Positions 14,255 through 26,261 of a stretch of 55,683 bases of DNA are shown in pieces. The stretch covers positions 62,001 through 117,683 of the forward strand of contig CAUYUJ010000143.1 of NCBI GenBank assembly GCA_963575745.1, read 5' to 3'. The notes under the pieces are model-generated. The model saw only the letters and a program-made list of their open reading frames with translations, did not search any database and was not told where the DNA came from. This DNA is from Prorocentrum cordatum. Lineage: Eukaryota. Numbering within the stretch: position 1 is the first letter of the stretch; each line of letters opens with the position of its first letter. Position numbers and translations under genes: made by a program.

Positions 14255-17200
14255 GAGAGAGCGCGCGCGGGCGGAACTCGCAAAAAAGAGGGGGGCCTTA
14301 GCTACCCCCCCCCCCATTGGACCCCCCCTGCTGGAAGCTATCCCCCCCACTCCCCCCCATTTTAGTCCCCCCCAGAAGCTACCCCCCTCTCCGCCCCTTT
14401 TGCCGCTCCGGAAGCTACCCCCCCACTCCCCCCTTTCCAGGGGGGGGGGGGGCTTAGCGCTTAGCTACCCCCGCCCCCCCTCGGAACCCCCCCCTGCTGG
14501 AAACTACCCCCCCCCCTCCCCCATTTTTGTTGCCCCCCCCCCGAGGCTATCCCCCCCCTCCCCCCCTTTTGCCGCTCGGGAAGCTCCCCCTCCCCCCCCC
14601 CTCCCCCACTTCCAAAGGGGGGGGGGGGGCTTAGCTACCCCTCCCGCCCTTTGGACCCCCCCTGCTGGGAGCTACCCCCCCCTCCCCTCCTTGTTCGTTG
14701 TCGCCGCCGTCGCCGTCGCCGTCGCCGTCTTCGCATGACCTAGTCGTGGTCGTCACGACGAGGACGAGGTCATGCGAAGACGGCGACGGACGACGGACGA
14801 CGCGCGACCGACGACCGACGACCGACGACGACGACGACCCAGGGTCAGAGAAAACGAGACCACGACCCAGGGTCCGAGAAAACGAGGAAACGAAGCAGGG
14901 ACCGAGAAAACGAGACCACGGCCCAGGGGCCGAGAAAGCGAGAAAACGAAGCAGGGTCAGAAAAAACGAGCCAGGGTCCGAGAAAACGAGACCACGGCCC
15001 AGGGGCATAGAAAACGCGAAAACGAACCAGGGTCCGATAAAACGAGACCACGACCCAGGGGCCGACAAAACGAGACAACGAGAAAACAAACCAGTGCCCG
15101 AGAAAACGAAACCACGACCCAGGGGCCGAGAAAACGAGGCAACGAGAAAACGAACCAGGGCCCGAGAAGGCGAGAACACAACCCACGGGCCGAGAAAACG
15201 AGAAAACGAACCAGGGCCCGAGAAAACGAAACAAAACCCAGAAGCCAAGAAAACGAGAAAACGAGACAATAAACCAGGGTCTGAGAAAACGGGATAACGC
15301 CCCAGGGGCCGAGAACACGAGAAAACGAGATAACTAACCAAGGTCCAAGCAAACGAGACCACGACCCAGGCCGAGAAAACGCAAATATCGGTCCTAGAAG
15401 ACGAGACCACGGCCCATGGGGCCGAGAAAACGATAAAAGGAATCAGGGCCCGAGAGAACGAGACTACGAACCAGGAGCCGAGAAAACGAGGAAACGAGAA
15501 AACAAACCAGCGTCCGAGAAAACGAAACCACGACGCAAGGGCCGAGAAAACAAGAAGACGAGAAAACTCAACATGGCCCGAGAAAACCAAACCACGACCC
15601 AGGGGCACAAAAAACGAGAAAACGAACCAGGGCCCGAGAAAACGAGACCACGACCCAGGAGCAGAGAAAACGAGAAAACGAGAAAACGCAACGGGGTCCG
15701 AGAAAACGAGACTACGGCCAAGGAGCAGAGAAAACGCGAAAACGATGAAACAATCCAGGGTCCGAGATAACTGGACCACGACCCAGGGGGCGAGAAAACA
15801 AGAAAACGAGAAAACGAACCAGGGTCCGAGAAAACAAGTCCACGACCCATGGGACGACAAAACAAGAAAACAAGACAACGAATCAGGGTCAGAGAAAACG
15901 AGACAACGACCCAGGGGACGAGAAAGCGAGAAAACAAGACAACGAACCAGGGGCCGAGAAAACGAGACAAAAACCCAGGAGCCGAGAAAACGAGAAAACG
16001 AGAAAACGAACGGAGGCCCGAGAAAACGAGACCACGACCCAGGTGCGGAGGCAACGAGAAAACGAGAAAACGAACCGGGGCCCGAGAAAACGAGACCACG
16101 ACCCAGGGGCCGAGAAAAGGATAAAACGAGAAAACGAACCTGGGTCAGAGCAAGCAAAACCACAATCCAGGGGCCGAGAAAACGGAGAAAACGAGAAGCC
16201 GAGCCAGGGTCCGAGAAAACGGGACCACGATCCATGGGCCGAGAAAACAAAAAACGACCCAGGCCCCGAGAAAACGAGACCACGACCCAGGGGCCGAGAA
16301 AACAAGAAAACGGGAAAACTAACAAGGGTCCGGGGAAAAGTGACACCGCGACTCAGGAGCCGAGAAAACAAGAAAACGAGATCACGAACCAGGGCCCGAA
16401 AAAACAGCACAAAAAAAACAAAAACCGAGAAAACAAAAAAAAAAACTAACCAGGGTCCGAGAAAACGAGACCACGACCCAGTGGCCGAGAAATCAAAAAA
16501 ACGAGAAAACGAACCAGGCCCCGAGAAAACGAGACCACGACCCAGGGGCCGAGGAAATGAGAAAACGCGAAAACGACCCACGACCCAGGGGCCGAGAAGA
16601 CGAGAAAACGAGAAAACGACCAAGGGTCCGAGGAAACCACGACCCAAGGGCCGAGATCACCAGAAAACGCTTGGTTCGAGAAAACGAGACCACGACCCAG
16701 GAGCCGAGAAAACAAGGAAACGAGAAAACGAAGCAGGGTCAGAAAAAACGAGACCACCACCCGGGCGCCGAGACAACGAGAAAACGAGAATACGAACCAA
16801 CGTCCGAGAAAACAAAACCACGACCCAGGGGCCGAGCAAACGAGACAACGAGAAAACGAGGCGGGGTCCAAGAAAACTGGACCACGACCCAGGCGCCGAG
16901 GAAACGAGAAAACGAGAACACGAACCAGGGTCAGAGAAAACGAGACCGCGACCCAGCAGCCGGAAACACGAGAAAACAAGAAAACGAACTAGGGGCTGAG
17001 AAAATTAGGGAACGAAAAAAGGAATCAGGGCTCGCGAAAACGAGACTACGAACCAGGGGCCGCGAAAACAACAAAACAAGAAAACGAACCAGGGGTCGAC
17101 GTCATTCTCCAATGTGTCTAGCGCTGCGGCGCGCACCTGTCGTCAGGGATTCCGCCATTTTGCCAGAGCCCCGGAAGGGAGGGGGGGGGGGTAGCTTCGG

Positions 17201-17545
17201 AAGCCCCCCCCCTTTGCAAAGAAGGGGGGAGTGGGGTAGCTTGAAGCCGCCCCCCCCTGTGTCCAGATCAAAAAAGGAAGGAGGGGGGGGTCAGCTTCCG
17301 AAGCCCCCCCCCTTTAAAAAGGAAGCCCGAGCTCACCTTCTGCTCCGGAAAAGGGAGGGACGGGGGGGATAGCTTCGAAGCCCCCCCCCCTTTAGCCAGG
17401 ACCCCCCCAGCTCAAAATTGCTTCCAAAAGGGAGGGGGGAGGGGGGTAGCTTCGGAAGCTCCCCCCCCTTTTCGAAGGATGGGGGGAGGTAGCTTGAAGC
17501 TGGGTCCCCCTTTTAGTATTGAGTTCCGTACGGGCGCGCTCTTTC
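14255..17545. mobile_element. 3.3-kb non-autonomous TIR element filled with G/C-run subterminal repeats and an internal satellite
   Basis: Left end GAGAGAGCGCGCGCGGGCGGAACTC versus reverse-complemented right end GAAAGAGCGCGCCCGTACGGAACTC. AAGAGTAG is duplicated at 14073-14080 (repeated at 14247-14254 after the MITE) and 17546-17553. Confidence 0.72.
14840..17097. repeat. A-rich satellite built from CGAGAAAA, CGAACCAGGG and ACCACGACCCAGGGGC subunits
   Basis: Direct reading: dozens of diverged copies of CCGAGAAAACGAGACCACGACCCAGGGG. Confidence 0.92.
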
Positions 17546-18109
17546 AAGAGTAGGAAGGATGACACATCGAGAAAAGGACACCCTTTTTAAAAACAGTTTG
17601 GAGACCTGTGGGGGGGGGACGAGGAGGAGGAGGAGGAGGAGGAAGAGGAGGAGGAGGAGGAGGAGAAAGAGGAGGACGAGGAGAAAGAGGAGAAGGAGGA
17701 CACAAAGACATAATTATCGACAGTGCAAGCATGACGCTACTACTCGAGGCTTCCCTCAGCTCTCAGCGACAAGACGCGAAAGTCTTCTGCAACTCTATGC
17801 AGCCCGTCCCTAGCACATCGTTGCTAATACCAATCAGAGCAAGCACGGTAGAGGTCGGTAGCCCCGGGGAATTGGAGCCCCGGGTAACGGTAACGCTTGA
17901 GCGGGGTGGGGCACGTGGGGGCGGGGTTCGGCACGTACGATCGCCAATGTATGCGCGCGAGCCCCAGCATCTGGGGGGGGTAGGTATCCACCCCGCCCCT
18001 CTACGTGCGATCGTCACCGCTACCCCCGGGGGGGACTAGTTCACGTTCGTTATGCGCCACATGAGCAAATACATATTCTCCCGCGGTGAACTCACCCGAT
18101 GCGAGGAGA

Positions 18110-19525
18110 GGGAGCGGGAGGGTCACTTTCCGTGGCGCCATGTAGGTTCAGCCGCACAGCGGTGCGCCAATCTGCTATCGGCTGCTCGCCCAGTCCGCAG
18201 CAACGCGCTTGCCAGGCCGCCGGTCTTCCCGGCCCGGCGCGAACGACACGCAGACGCCCTCCTCTCGTCAGCGGTGCTCGCCGCGGGCCTGCCAAGCGCC
18301 GCCACGACGTCCTGCGCGTCGAGGCACTCGCTCAAGGCCGCGGCCGCTCGGGGGCTCCACGCCCTCCTCCTGCTTCACGCCCTGGGCCTCCCATTGCCGC
18401 GTCGGCGCGGCAAGGACGCCGTGGCCTCGGAAGGCCGCTCCGAAGCTTTTCGAGCGGGGCGCGGCCTGCGAGCGTGGCCAAGGAAGGACCCAGGAGGCAA
18501 GGACGCAAGGGCACCCTTGGGAAAATGGCCCATCCTCGCTGCGCGGGTCGACTACGTGCCACGTCGGAGGCCTTCACGTTCTCCAGCTCCTCGGGGTGCT
18601 CCCGCGCGGCCCCGCGGCCGTCGGCGGGGCAGCGCCCCCCCCCCCACGACGGGGCCCTTCTTGCCCTTCGCGCGGCCTGGCCAGCACCACGTCGTCCTCG
18701 TCCGAAGCCGGGCTCGGCGCCCGCGCCTCGGCAACGACCGAGGCTTCGGACCTCCACGCCCTCGACGACGCCCACGTGCACGACCAGGGCAACGACGCAG
18801 GGCCCCCCCCCGCGGAGCTCGACCCCAGCGGGGCGCCCGCGCCCCCCATCGCCGCTGTGGACCGCCACGCCCACCTCGACCACCACGCCGCCGTCCAGCG
18901 ACACCCCGGTCTTCTGCGCCGTGGCGCCGCCCGCGGCTCGGCCCGGGCGCAGCCCCCAGGCGTGGAGCGCGGAGAGGAGGGCGCCGACCCGATCCTGCTG
19001 CATCCCGCCAGGGACGAGGGCCCGCGCGCCCGCTCGAAACCCCGCGACCAGCTCCCGCCCCAGCTCCAGCTGCGCAGCCTCCACCGCGGCGGCGCGAGTC
19101 ACCGAGAGGGGGTCCGCGCGGTGGAGCCGCCCGCCGCGCACGAGGGCGGGGGCCGGACGCCCGGCCCTGCAGCGCCGCTGCGCACAGCTCCACCGGGCCG
19201 CGGGGCGGCTGCCGCAGCCTGGAGAGGCCTGCAGCGCTTCGCCGGTGCTGGGAAGGCGCGCGCGCCGAGGCGGTCGCAGAGCCGCCAGCGGCGTGCGCAG
19301 AGAGAGGCACGGAGGGCCCTGCAGCGCGCAGCCCCGCCTGCCCGACGGGCCCCGCGCCGCCGCCTGCGGGCGAACGCCGCTGCACGAGACGGCCCCGCCT
19401 CCGGGCGGGCTCCACGCCCGCCGTCGAGGGCGCGCGCGCGCCGAAGGCTGCCCCGCGCCTGCCGGCCGCGCGGCCGAGCCCACGTGGAGCGCGCGCCGAG
19501 GGAGGGCCTCCCGCGAGCCAGCCCG
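18110..19525 (-). pseudogene. Possible decayed retrocopy downstream of the SL relic; product unknown
   Basis: Non-repetitive GC-rich block with codon-like periodicity (about 18700-19150) directly 3' of the SL relic. No recognisable domain. Confidence 0.3.
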
Positions 19526-19549
19526 CTTCAAGCCAAAATGGCCACTGGG
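19526..19549 (-). other. More degenerate spliced-leader relic
   Basis: Reverse complement reads CCCAGTGGCCATTTTGGCTTGAAG and retains the GCCATTTTGGCT core. A (CCT)n tract lies ~15 nt upstream. Confidence 0.6.
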
Positions 19550-19689
19550 ATAAGGTAGAAAAAGAGGAGGAGGAGGAGGAGGAGGAAGGAGGAGGAGGAA
19601 GAGGAAGGAGGATCAGGATCAGGAGGAGGAGGAGGAGGAGGAGGAAAAGGACTGCGGGGCAACCCCTCAAACACCAAGCTCAGTCCCGG

Positions 19690-20730
19690 GCGGGAGGTGC
19701 CCGCGGCCGCGCTGACGGGCCGGCGGAAAGTGGAGCCGCGGGCGCTGGTCCTGAGGCACGGGGCCTTCCCGCCGGTGCCTGCGACCACTGCTGCCGCCCC
19801 GCCGCGGAGAGCATCCTGGCCCAGGGGAGCCCAAAGGTGGCGCGCGCGTTTCTTCCAGCTGCAGGCGACCGGCCTGGACCGTCAGCCAGCCGCGGCGCTG
19901 CTCCGACTCAAGACGGGCTCCGACTAAATACACGTTCGTGGACCGCACCTGCGGCATCCCAGAGACCGAGGCTTGGGCCTTGGACGCAGCGCTGGCGGCA
20001 GAGGCGCAACACGCCCTCGGACTACAGCTGAGCGGCACGGCGGGCACGCAGCTCTTCCTTGCTGGGAACGACGGCGGCGCCGGGTTCCAGAGCGTGGAGC
20101 TGATCGCGCCAGCCGCCCACGCCGCTTCCTGGCACCACAGCCTGCCGCACTGCCTGCGCGGGCTAGCCAGCACTGACGGACGCCAGCGCCCTGGCCGCCC
20201 TCAGCCCTTGAGCGCAGCGCTGCCCCCTTGCGGCCACGGTCACTGCTACAGGATACGCTAGAAGATTCTACGGCCCAAATAAGCGACGAAGGACTGGCAG
20301 CAACGCAGCACGCATTGACCACGGCCCCCCTTGCTTCGGCTGCCCTCCGGGTCGCCGACCTCGCGGCAGGCGAAGGCCCGCCCGCGGCGGCCGCCGTGCG
20401 CTCGGCAGGAGGGCCCAAGGCGAGCGGCTGGCTGCAGGCCCCCACGCGAGCGTGCCACCGCTTCAGCAACGCACAGTTCGGCATCGCAATAGGGGTTCTC
20501 CTGAACCTCGACCTGCCAGGCTGCACAGGGCTCGGCCAGCACCGCCACCCCAATGGCGAGGTCTGCGGCGCGCCTCTCGACCCGAACGGCAGGCACGTGC
20601 GGGGATGTGCGGTCGAACCGCTGTTGGTCGACCCCACGGTCGTCAGCGCGGCCTCCCAGGACGCCCTGGCGCTCGGGGCTGCGAGGAGGCACGGGGCTGC
20701 AGCTGCTGCAGCAGAGCGGAGGAAGCGAGC
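19690..20730 (+). mobile_element. Decayed 3' fragment of an RLE-type (CRE-like) non-LTR retrotransposon
   Basis: Post-RT motif QLFLAGNDGGAGFQSVELIAPAAHAASW. Then SAGGPKASGWLQAP..RFSNAQFGIAI..LNL, a zinc knuckle remnant CGAPLDPNGRHVRGC, and an RLE-like LVDPTVVS...GAAAAAAERRKR. Frameshifts and stops separate the blocks. Confidence 0.7.
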
Positions 20731-21167
20731 CTCGGCAGCGTGCCACAGCAGCACGTTGTGGCCGCGGTGCCGGCCGCCACCCAGGCCAGGCCCTGGCGAG
20801 CCTCGGCAGCGTGCCACAGCGGCACGTTGTGGCCGCGGTGCCAGCCGCCACCCAGGCCAGGCCCTGGCGGGCGGCTGCCGCGCCTGCGGCTGCGCGGCAG
20901 GGCCACAGCACCGGCTGGCGCCGGCGCTGCGGCGGCAGGGCCGACGGGCCTCGCGCCTCGCGGGCGCCGCTCCGCCTGGCGGGCGGGCAGAGGACGCCAC
21001 GGCGCCAAGCGGAGGAGGAAGAGGAGGAGGAGGAGGAGGAGGAGGACCTTAGGGCGGAAAGCGCCGAGGAGGAGGAGGAGGAACAGGAGGAGGAGGAGGA
21101 GGAGGACGAGAACCCCTCAGGGCGACAAAGGGCCAGAGGAGGAAGAGGAGGGGGGGGGGGAGTAGAA

Positions 21168-21198
<31 letters not shown>

Positions 21199-21518
21199 GA
21201 GGAGGAGGAGGAGGAGGAGGAGGAGGAGGAGGAGGAGGAGGAGGAGACGGAGGAGGAGGAGGAGGAGGAGGAGAAAGAGGAGGAGGAGGATGAAGAAAAA
21301 GAGACGAGGGAAGAGGAGGAGGAGGAGGAGGATCAGGAGGAGAAGGGGAGGAGGAGGAGGAGGAGGAGGAGGAGGAGGAGGAGGAGAGGAGGAGGAGGAG
21401 GAGAGGAGGAGGAGGAGGAGGAGGAGGAGGAGGAGGAGGAGGAGGAGGAGGAGGGAGAGGGGGAGGAGGAGGAGGAGGAGGAGGAGGAGGAGGAGGAGGA
21501 GGAGGAGGAGGAGGAGGA

Positions 21519-22578
21519 GCGGATGAGGCTGATGCCGGAGGGCTGGGAGCGCCGAGGAGTAGGAGTATGAAGACAGAGAGCCGCGAGCAGGAGGATGCCG
21601 ATGGGCCTGAGGAGGGGCGCTGGCGCCAGCGCGGACGGGCCAGAGGTGGAGGAGGAGCGGTGGCGGAGGGATGCAGAGGAGGGGAGGCAGGGGAGGAGGA
21701 GGAGGAGGAGGAGGAGGAGGAGGAGGAGAGGAGGAGGAGGAGGAGGAGGAGAGACGAGGAGGAGGAGGAGGAGGAGGAGGAGGAGGAGGAGGAGGAGGAG
21801 GAGGAAGGAGGAGAAGGAGGAGGAGGAGGAGGAGGAGAGGAGGAGGAGGAGGGAGGAGGAGGAGGAAGGAGGAGGAGGAGGAGGAGGAGGAGGAGGAGGA
21901 GGAGGAGGAGGAAGACGCGGCGGCGGCGGCTGACGCGGATGAGGTTGATGCCGGCCCCAGGGATGGGAGCGCCGAGGAGTAGGAGGATGAAGACAGAGAG
22001 CCGCGAGCAGGAGGATGCCGATGGGCCTGAGGAGGGGCGCTGGCGCCAGCGCGGACGGGCCAGAGGTGGAGGAGGAGCGGTGGCGGAGGGATGCAGAGGA
22101 GGGGAGGCAGGGGAGGAGGAGGAGGAGGAGGAGGAGGAGGAGGAGGAGGAGGAGGAGGAGGAGAGGAGGAGGATCAATAAAAAGAGGACGAGGAGGAAGG
22201 AGGAGAGGAGGAGGAGGAGGAGGAGGAGGAGGAGGAGGAGGAGGAGGAGGAGGAGGAGGAGGAGGAAGGAGGAGGAAGGAGGAGGAGGAGGAGGAGGAGG
22301 AGGAGGAGGAGGAGGAGGAGAGGAGGAGGAGGAGGAGGAGGAGGAGGAGGAGGAGGAGGAGGAGGAGGAGGAGGAGGAAGACGCGGCGGCGGCGGCTGAC
22401 GCGGATGAGGTTGATGCCGGCCCCAGGGATGGGAGCGCCGAGGAGTAGGAGGATGAAGACAGAGAGCCGCGAGCAGGAGGATGCCGATGGGCCTGAGGAG
22501 GGGCGCTGGCGCCAGCGCGGACGGGCCAGAGGTGGAGGAGGAGCGGTGGCGGAGGGATGCAGAGGAGGGGAGGCAGGG
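21519..22578. repeat. Three near-identical ~175-200-bp units separated by variable (GGA)n tracts
   Basis: GCGGATGAGG.TGATGCCGG...GAAGACAGAGAGCCGCGAGCAGG...GGGAGGCAGGGG at ~21519, ~21914 and ~22380. Confidence 0.9.
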
Positions 22579-23129
22579 GAGGAGGAGGAGGAGGAGGAGG
22601 AGGAGGAGGAGGAGGAGGAGGAGGAGGAAGAGGAGGAGGAGGAGGAGGAGGGGGAGGCGGCAGCCGGCGAGGCGGGGCCCGAAGAGGCTGAGGAGCTGGA
22701 AGAGACCGCGGAGGAAGAGGCGGAGGCAACCCCCCGTGCAGGGGGCGCCGAGAAGGATGAGGAGGCAGGGGCGAGGAGGAGCTGCTGCTGCTGCTGCGGA
22801 GGAGGACAAGTAGGCGGCGGTGGTAGGTGGGCCAGACGCGGCGGCGGCGGCAGCGGGAGGCCGAGCGCAGCGGCGTCGGCGCCTGGGCGGAGCGCGACCA
22901 GGGCGGACTTTCTCACACGCCTGGCCATTCCACCCGCTCCGAAGTTGGGCGGGTGCCGGGGCCGCTGCAGCTGGAGGAGGAGGAGGAGGAGGAGGAGGAG
23001 GCCGAGCGTCCCAGAGGAGGAGGAGGAGGAGGAGGAGGAGGAGGCATAACGCTCACCGAAGGGGGCGAGGAGGAGTAGGTCGAGGATTGAGAGAGGATTG
23101 GGGGAAGGAGGCGAAGGAGGATAAGGCAT

Positions 23130-23360
23130 GACCCGAGTGTCCGGGTCGACGTAAAAGGAATGCACATCATCGATACCACAATGACTTCCATCCAGAAGAA
23201 AGACGATGTTGCCGGCCACCTGGCGAATTGTGATCTGGCCGTCTTCGTCCATGAAGCGTATCTCGGTATTGGTCGCCTGCACGGCCGGATCTAGAAACAG
23301 AGGCTTAAGGGACACTTTCAAGAAGTGGCCCTTCGCGACCCTCAACGACGTCGCGTTGTG
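23130..23360 (-). CDS. Candidate exon(s) (…ATNTEIRFMDEDGQITIRQVAGNIVFLLDGSHCGIDDVHSFYVDPDTRV)
   Basis: Protein-like translation in unique sequence; boundaries approximate. Confidence 0.5.
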
Positions 23361-23623
23361 CGGGGGCTCCTCTCGAGCACGCTGTCCCGGGCGGGGGGGG
23401 GGGGGGCGGCAAGAAGGGTGAGGAGAGGGATGGGAGGAGGCATCGAAAGGGGCAGAAGGGATAGGAAGGAGGTGAACGATGAGGAGGAAGAGGAGAAGGA
23501 TGAAGCAGAACCATCCATCCCGCTCCGTGAATCCCTGCTACCGCTGGTTCCTGGAGGTCTCGACCCCTTCTCCGGGACTGCATGTCTTTTCTTTCACCCT
23601 GAAGTACTCCCCATGTACTCAGT

Positions 23624-23658
<35 letters not shown>

Positions 23659-23679
23659 CTCTCACCTGTCTCCTCCTCT

Positions 23680-24420
23680 GGTTCTCTCAGTTTACTCAGT
23701 GTCTGACTCAGTCGCACTTGGACTGGCTCGCACTCAGACTCACTCATCATTCAGACTCACTCTTCCAAACGCAGACTCAGCCACCTGACTTCCTCACTCA
23801 GACCAACCGACGCGCATAATCAATCACACGCAACGACTGTGAGGATGTCTCAGGCGAGGCGCTGGCTTCAGCACTCCAAAGGGGGCGGGGGAAGGCGCCA
23901 GGGGGTATTGCACGGGCGCGTTCACGTCCAGATTGTGGGGGTACCTCAAGCGGTTTGCCTGTTCGTGTGCACAACATCCTGTGCTTTCGGAATCGTTCGT
24001 GAGAATGTCTCCGGCAAGGCGCTGGCTTCAGCACTAACAGCGGGGGCGGGCGCGTTCGCGCCCAGATTGGGGATGTCTCGGGCGGTTCGCCGGTTCGCAT
24101 GCGCAACATCCTTTGTTTCGGAGCAGCTCGTGAGGATGTCTCGGGCAACGCGCTGGTTTCAGCACTCCCACTGGGGGGGCCAGTGGGTGTATTGCACGGG
24201 CGCGTTCGCTCCCAGATTGTGGGGATGTCTCAAGCGGCTTGCTTGTCTGCATTTGCAGCTGTTCTTGTTTTCGGAACAGTTTTTGAGGATGTCTCAGGCG
24301 AGGCGCTGGTTCCAGCATGTCCACGAGGGGGCGCCAGGAGGGATTTATACGGGCGCGTCCGCGCCGAAATGTGGGGGATGCCTCACATTGTTTGTTTGTC
24401 TCGGTGGTCTTATGCTCACC
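23680..24420 (-). repeat. Inverted partial copy of the 2960-8740 repeat unit
   Basis: ACTCAGACTC tract followed by GAGGATGTCTC.GGCGAGGCGCTGG units, the reverse complement of the units at 3730-4200. Confidence 0.8.
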
Positions 24421-24964
24421 GCGCACTCCAAACGAGGGGAAAGAGAGAGGAGGAGGAGGAGGAGGAGGAGGAGGAGGAGGAGGAGGAGGCGGAGGAGGAG
24501 GAGGAGGAGGAGGAAGGAGAGGAGGACCTGTGTAAACCCAAGAGTCCTCAAAGATGTTGAAACAAACCCTCCCTACAAGCTCCCTCTCGAGAGGCCCATA
24601 CAAGGTGTGCCACTGGGGCTACTGCCTCGTTGGAAGACAACCGTTTGAAGACCCTGGAGCATTCCAAAATATTGTTCTCATGACCCCAACGCCACGTATC
24701 AACCTGACTCCTGCGGCTTGACGATCCTGAACCATGCCAAACGCCAACCCTTGGACGTCAACACCGCGAATCAACGTACCTGGTGCAAACTCATAATCCG
24801 AAGTCTTTCCAGAACGCCATGTCTGGTACGTTGACTATGGGAATCCGTGAAGTTATTGCACATGTTTGAAACGAATGTGGGCGGCGCCAACGAGAGAGAA
24901 CGCATGTTCAAAAGGAGCCGCGAAGACGACTTTGATGGCGACGACGACGAAGACGACGACGTCA

Positions 24965-25019
<55 letters not shown>

Positions 25020-25198
25020 CGGCGACGACGGCGACGGCGGCGACGGCGACGGCGACGACGACCACGACGAAGACAACGACGACGACGACAACGACGGTGG
25101 AGACGACGACGCACAGCGGATGCTCCATGAGGGGGGAAGGCTGCGTAGGCCCGCTTGGGTCGACGACGACGGCGACGGCGACGGCGACGACGACTTAA

Positions 25199-25233
<35 letters not shown>

Positions 25234-25417
25234 AACGACGACGACGACGACGCATTGCGGATGCCACGCGGGGGTCTGCGTAGGCCCGCTTGAGTCGACG
25301 ACGATGACGATGGCGACGACGACGACGACGACGGCGAAGACGATGACGACGGCGACGACGAGGACGAGAAGGACGACGAGGACCAGGACGACGACGAGGA
25401 CGACAACGAGAACGAGA

Positions 25418-25450
<33 letters not shown>

Positions 25451-26222
25451 GCGACGACGACGACGACGAATGTAGCACGTCTGTAATCAGCCTGGGGGAG
25501 GGGAACACTTCGCCTCGGATGCATTCGATCCCTATAACACCTCTTATACGAAAGGGAATATTTCTGTGGCTGCCTGTGCACGAGGGTACACGATCCCCTC
25601 GGCGACGCCCGCGACGACCCCCTGGCACGCGTGCTTACAAAAACTGTTTCGCGCCCCGCGGGGTCTATTCATCAGCCCCAGGGAGGGGGGGGTCCATCAT
25701 TTGTTAATCACAAGCTGACATCACACACGAATTCGTACCCGTAAAAAGGACAACACAGCGCATTTGGTAGAAAATTTCCTGGACACGCGTGCACTCCGCC
25801 CAAAGACTGCATCAGTGAACGCGAATTGTACACAGCAGCCTTGACAGCACGCAGCGGCAACATGCCATTGAGGGCACCCCAGAACATGAGAAGAAGTGCG
25901 CGCGGAACAGCAGTGCTTCTGCAGGGTACGAATGGCGCGGGACTCTGGCCGTCACCAAGAACAGCGGCGCCTGGAGGAGGAGGGAGGAGGAGGAGGAGGG
26001 GGAGAAGGAGGAGGAGGAGGAGGAGGAGAAGGAGGAGGAGGAGGAGGAAAAGGAGGAGGAGGATGGGCAGGGGGAGGAGGAGGGGGAAAAAAAGGAGGAG
26101 GAAAGGGGTGGGGGAGGAGAAGGAGGAGGAGGAGGAGGAGAGGAGGAGGGGGAGGAGGAGGAGGGGGCGGAGGAGGAAGTCTTTCTTCGGGAGGAGGAGG
26201 AGGAGGAGGAGGAGGAGCGCAC

Positions 26223-26250
26223 GTAGCTTGAGTGATGGTGACTCAGCTAC
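26223..26250 (-). other. 3' UTR stem-loop of the LINE
   Basis: Minus strand reads GTAGCT-GAGT-[CACCATC]-ACTC-A-AGCTAC: a 10-bp stem with a 1-nt bulge and 7-nt loop, about 5 nt before the (TCC)n tail. Confidence 0.7.
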
Positions 26251-26261
26251 TGCTGCATGCT

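Noticed and set aside
14631..17372. Long ORFs (571 aa, 318 aa and others)
   Set aside because: They are translations of a stop-poor satellite.
20258..23049. 823-aa, 670-aa and similar poly-P/S/L/E/R ORFs
   Set aside because: They are produced by (GGA)n tracts. The same applies to the poly-H/M/D/T ORFs elsewhere in the window.
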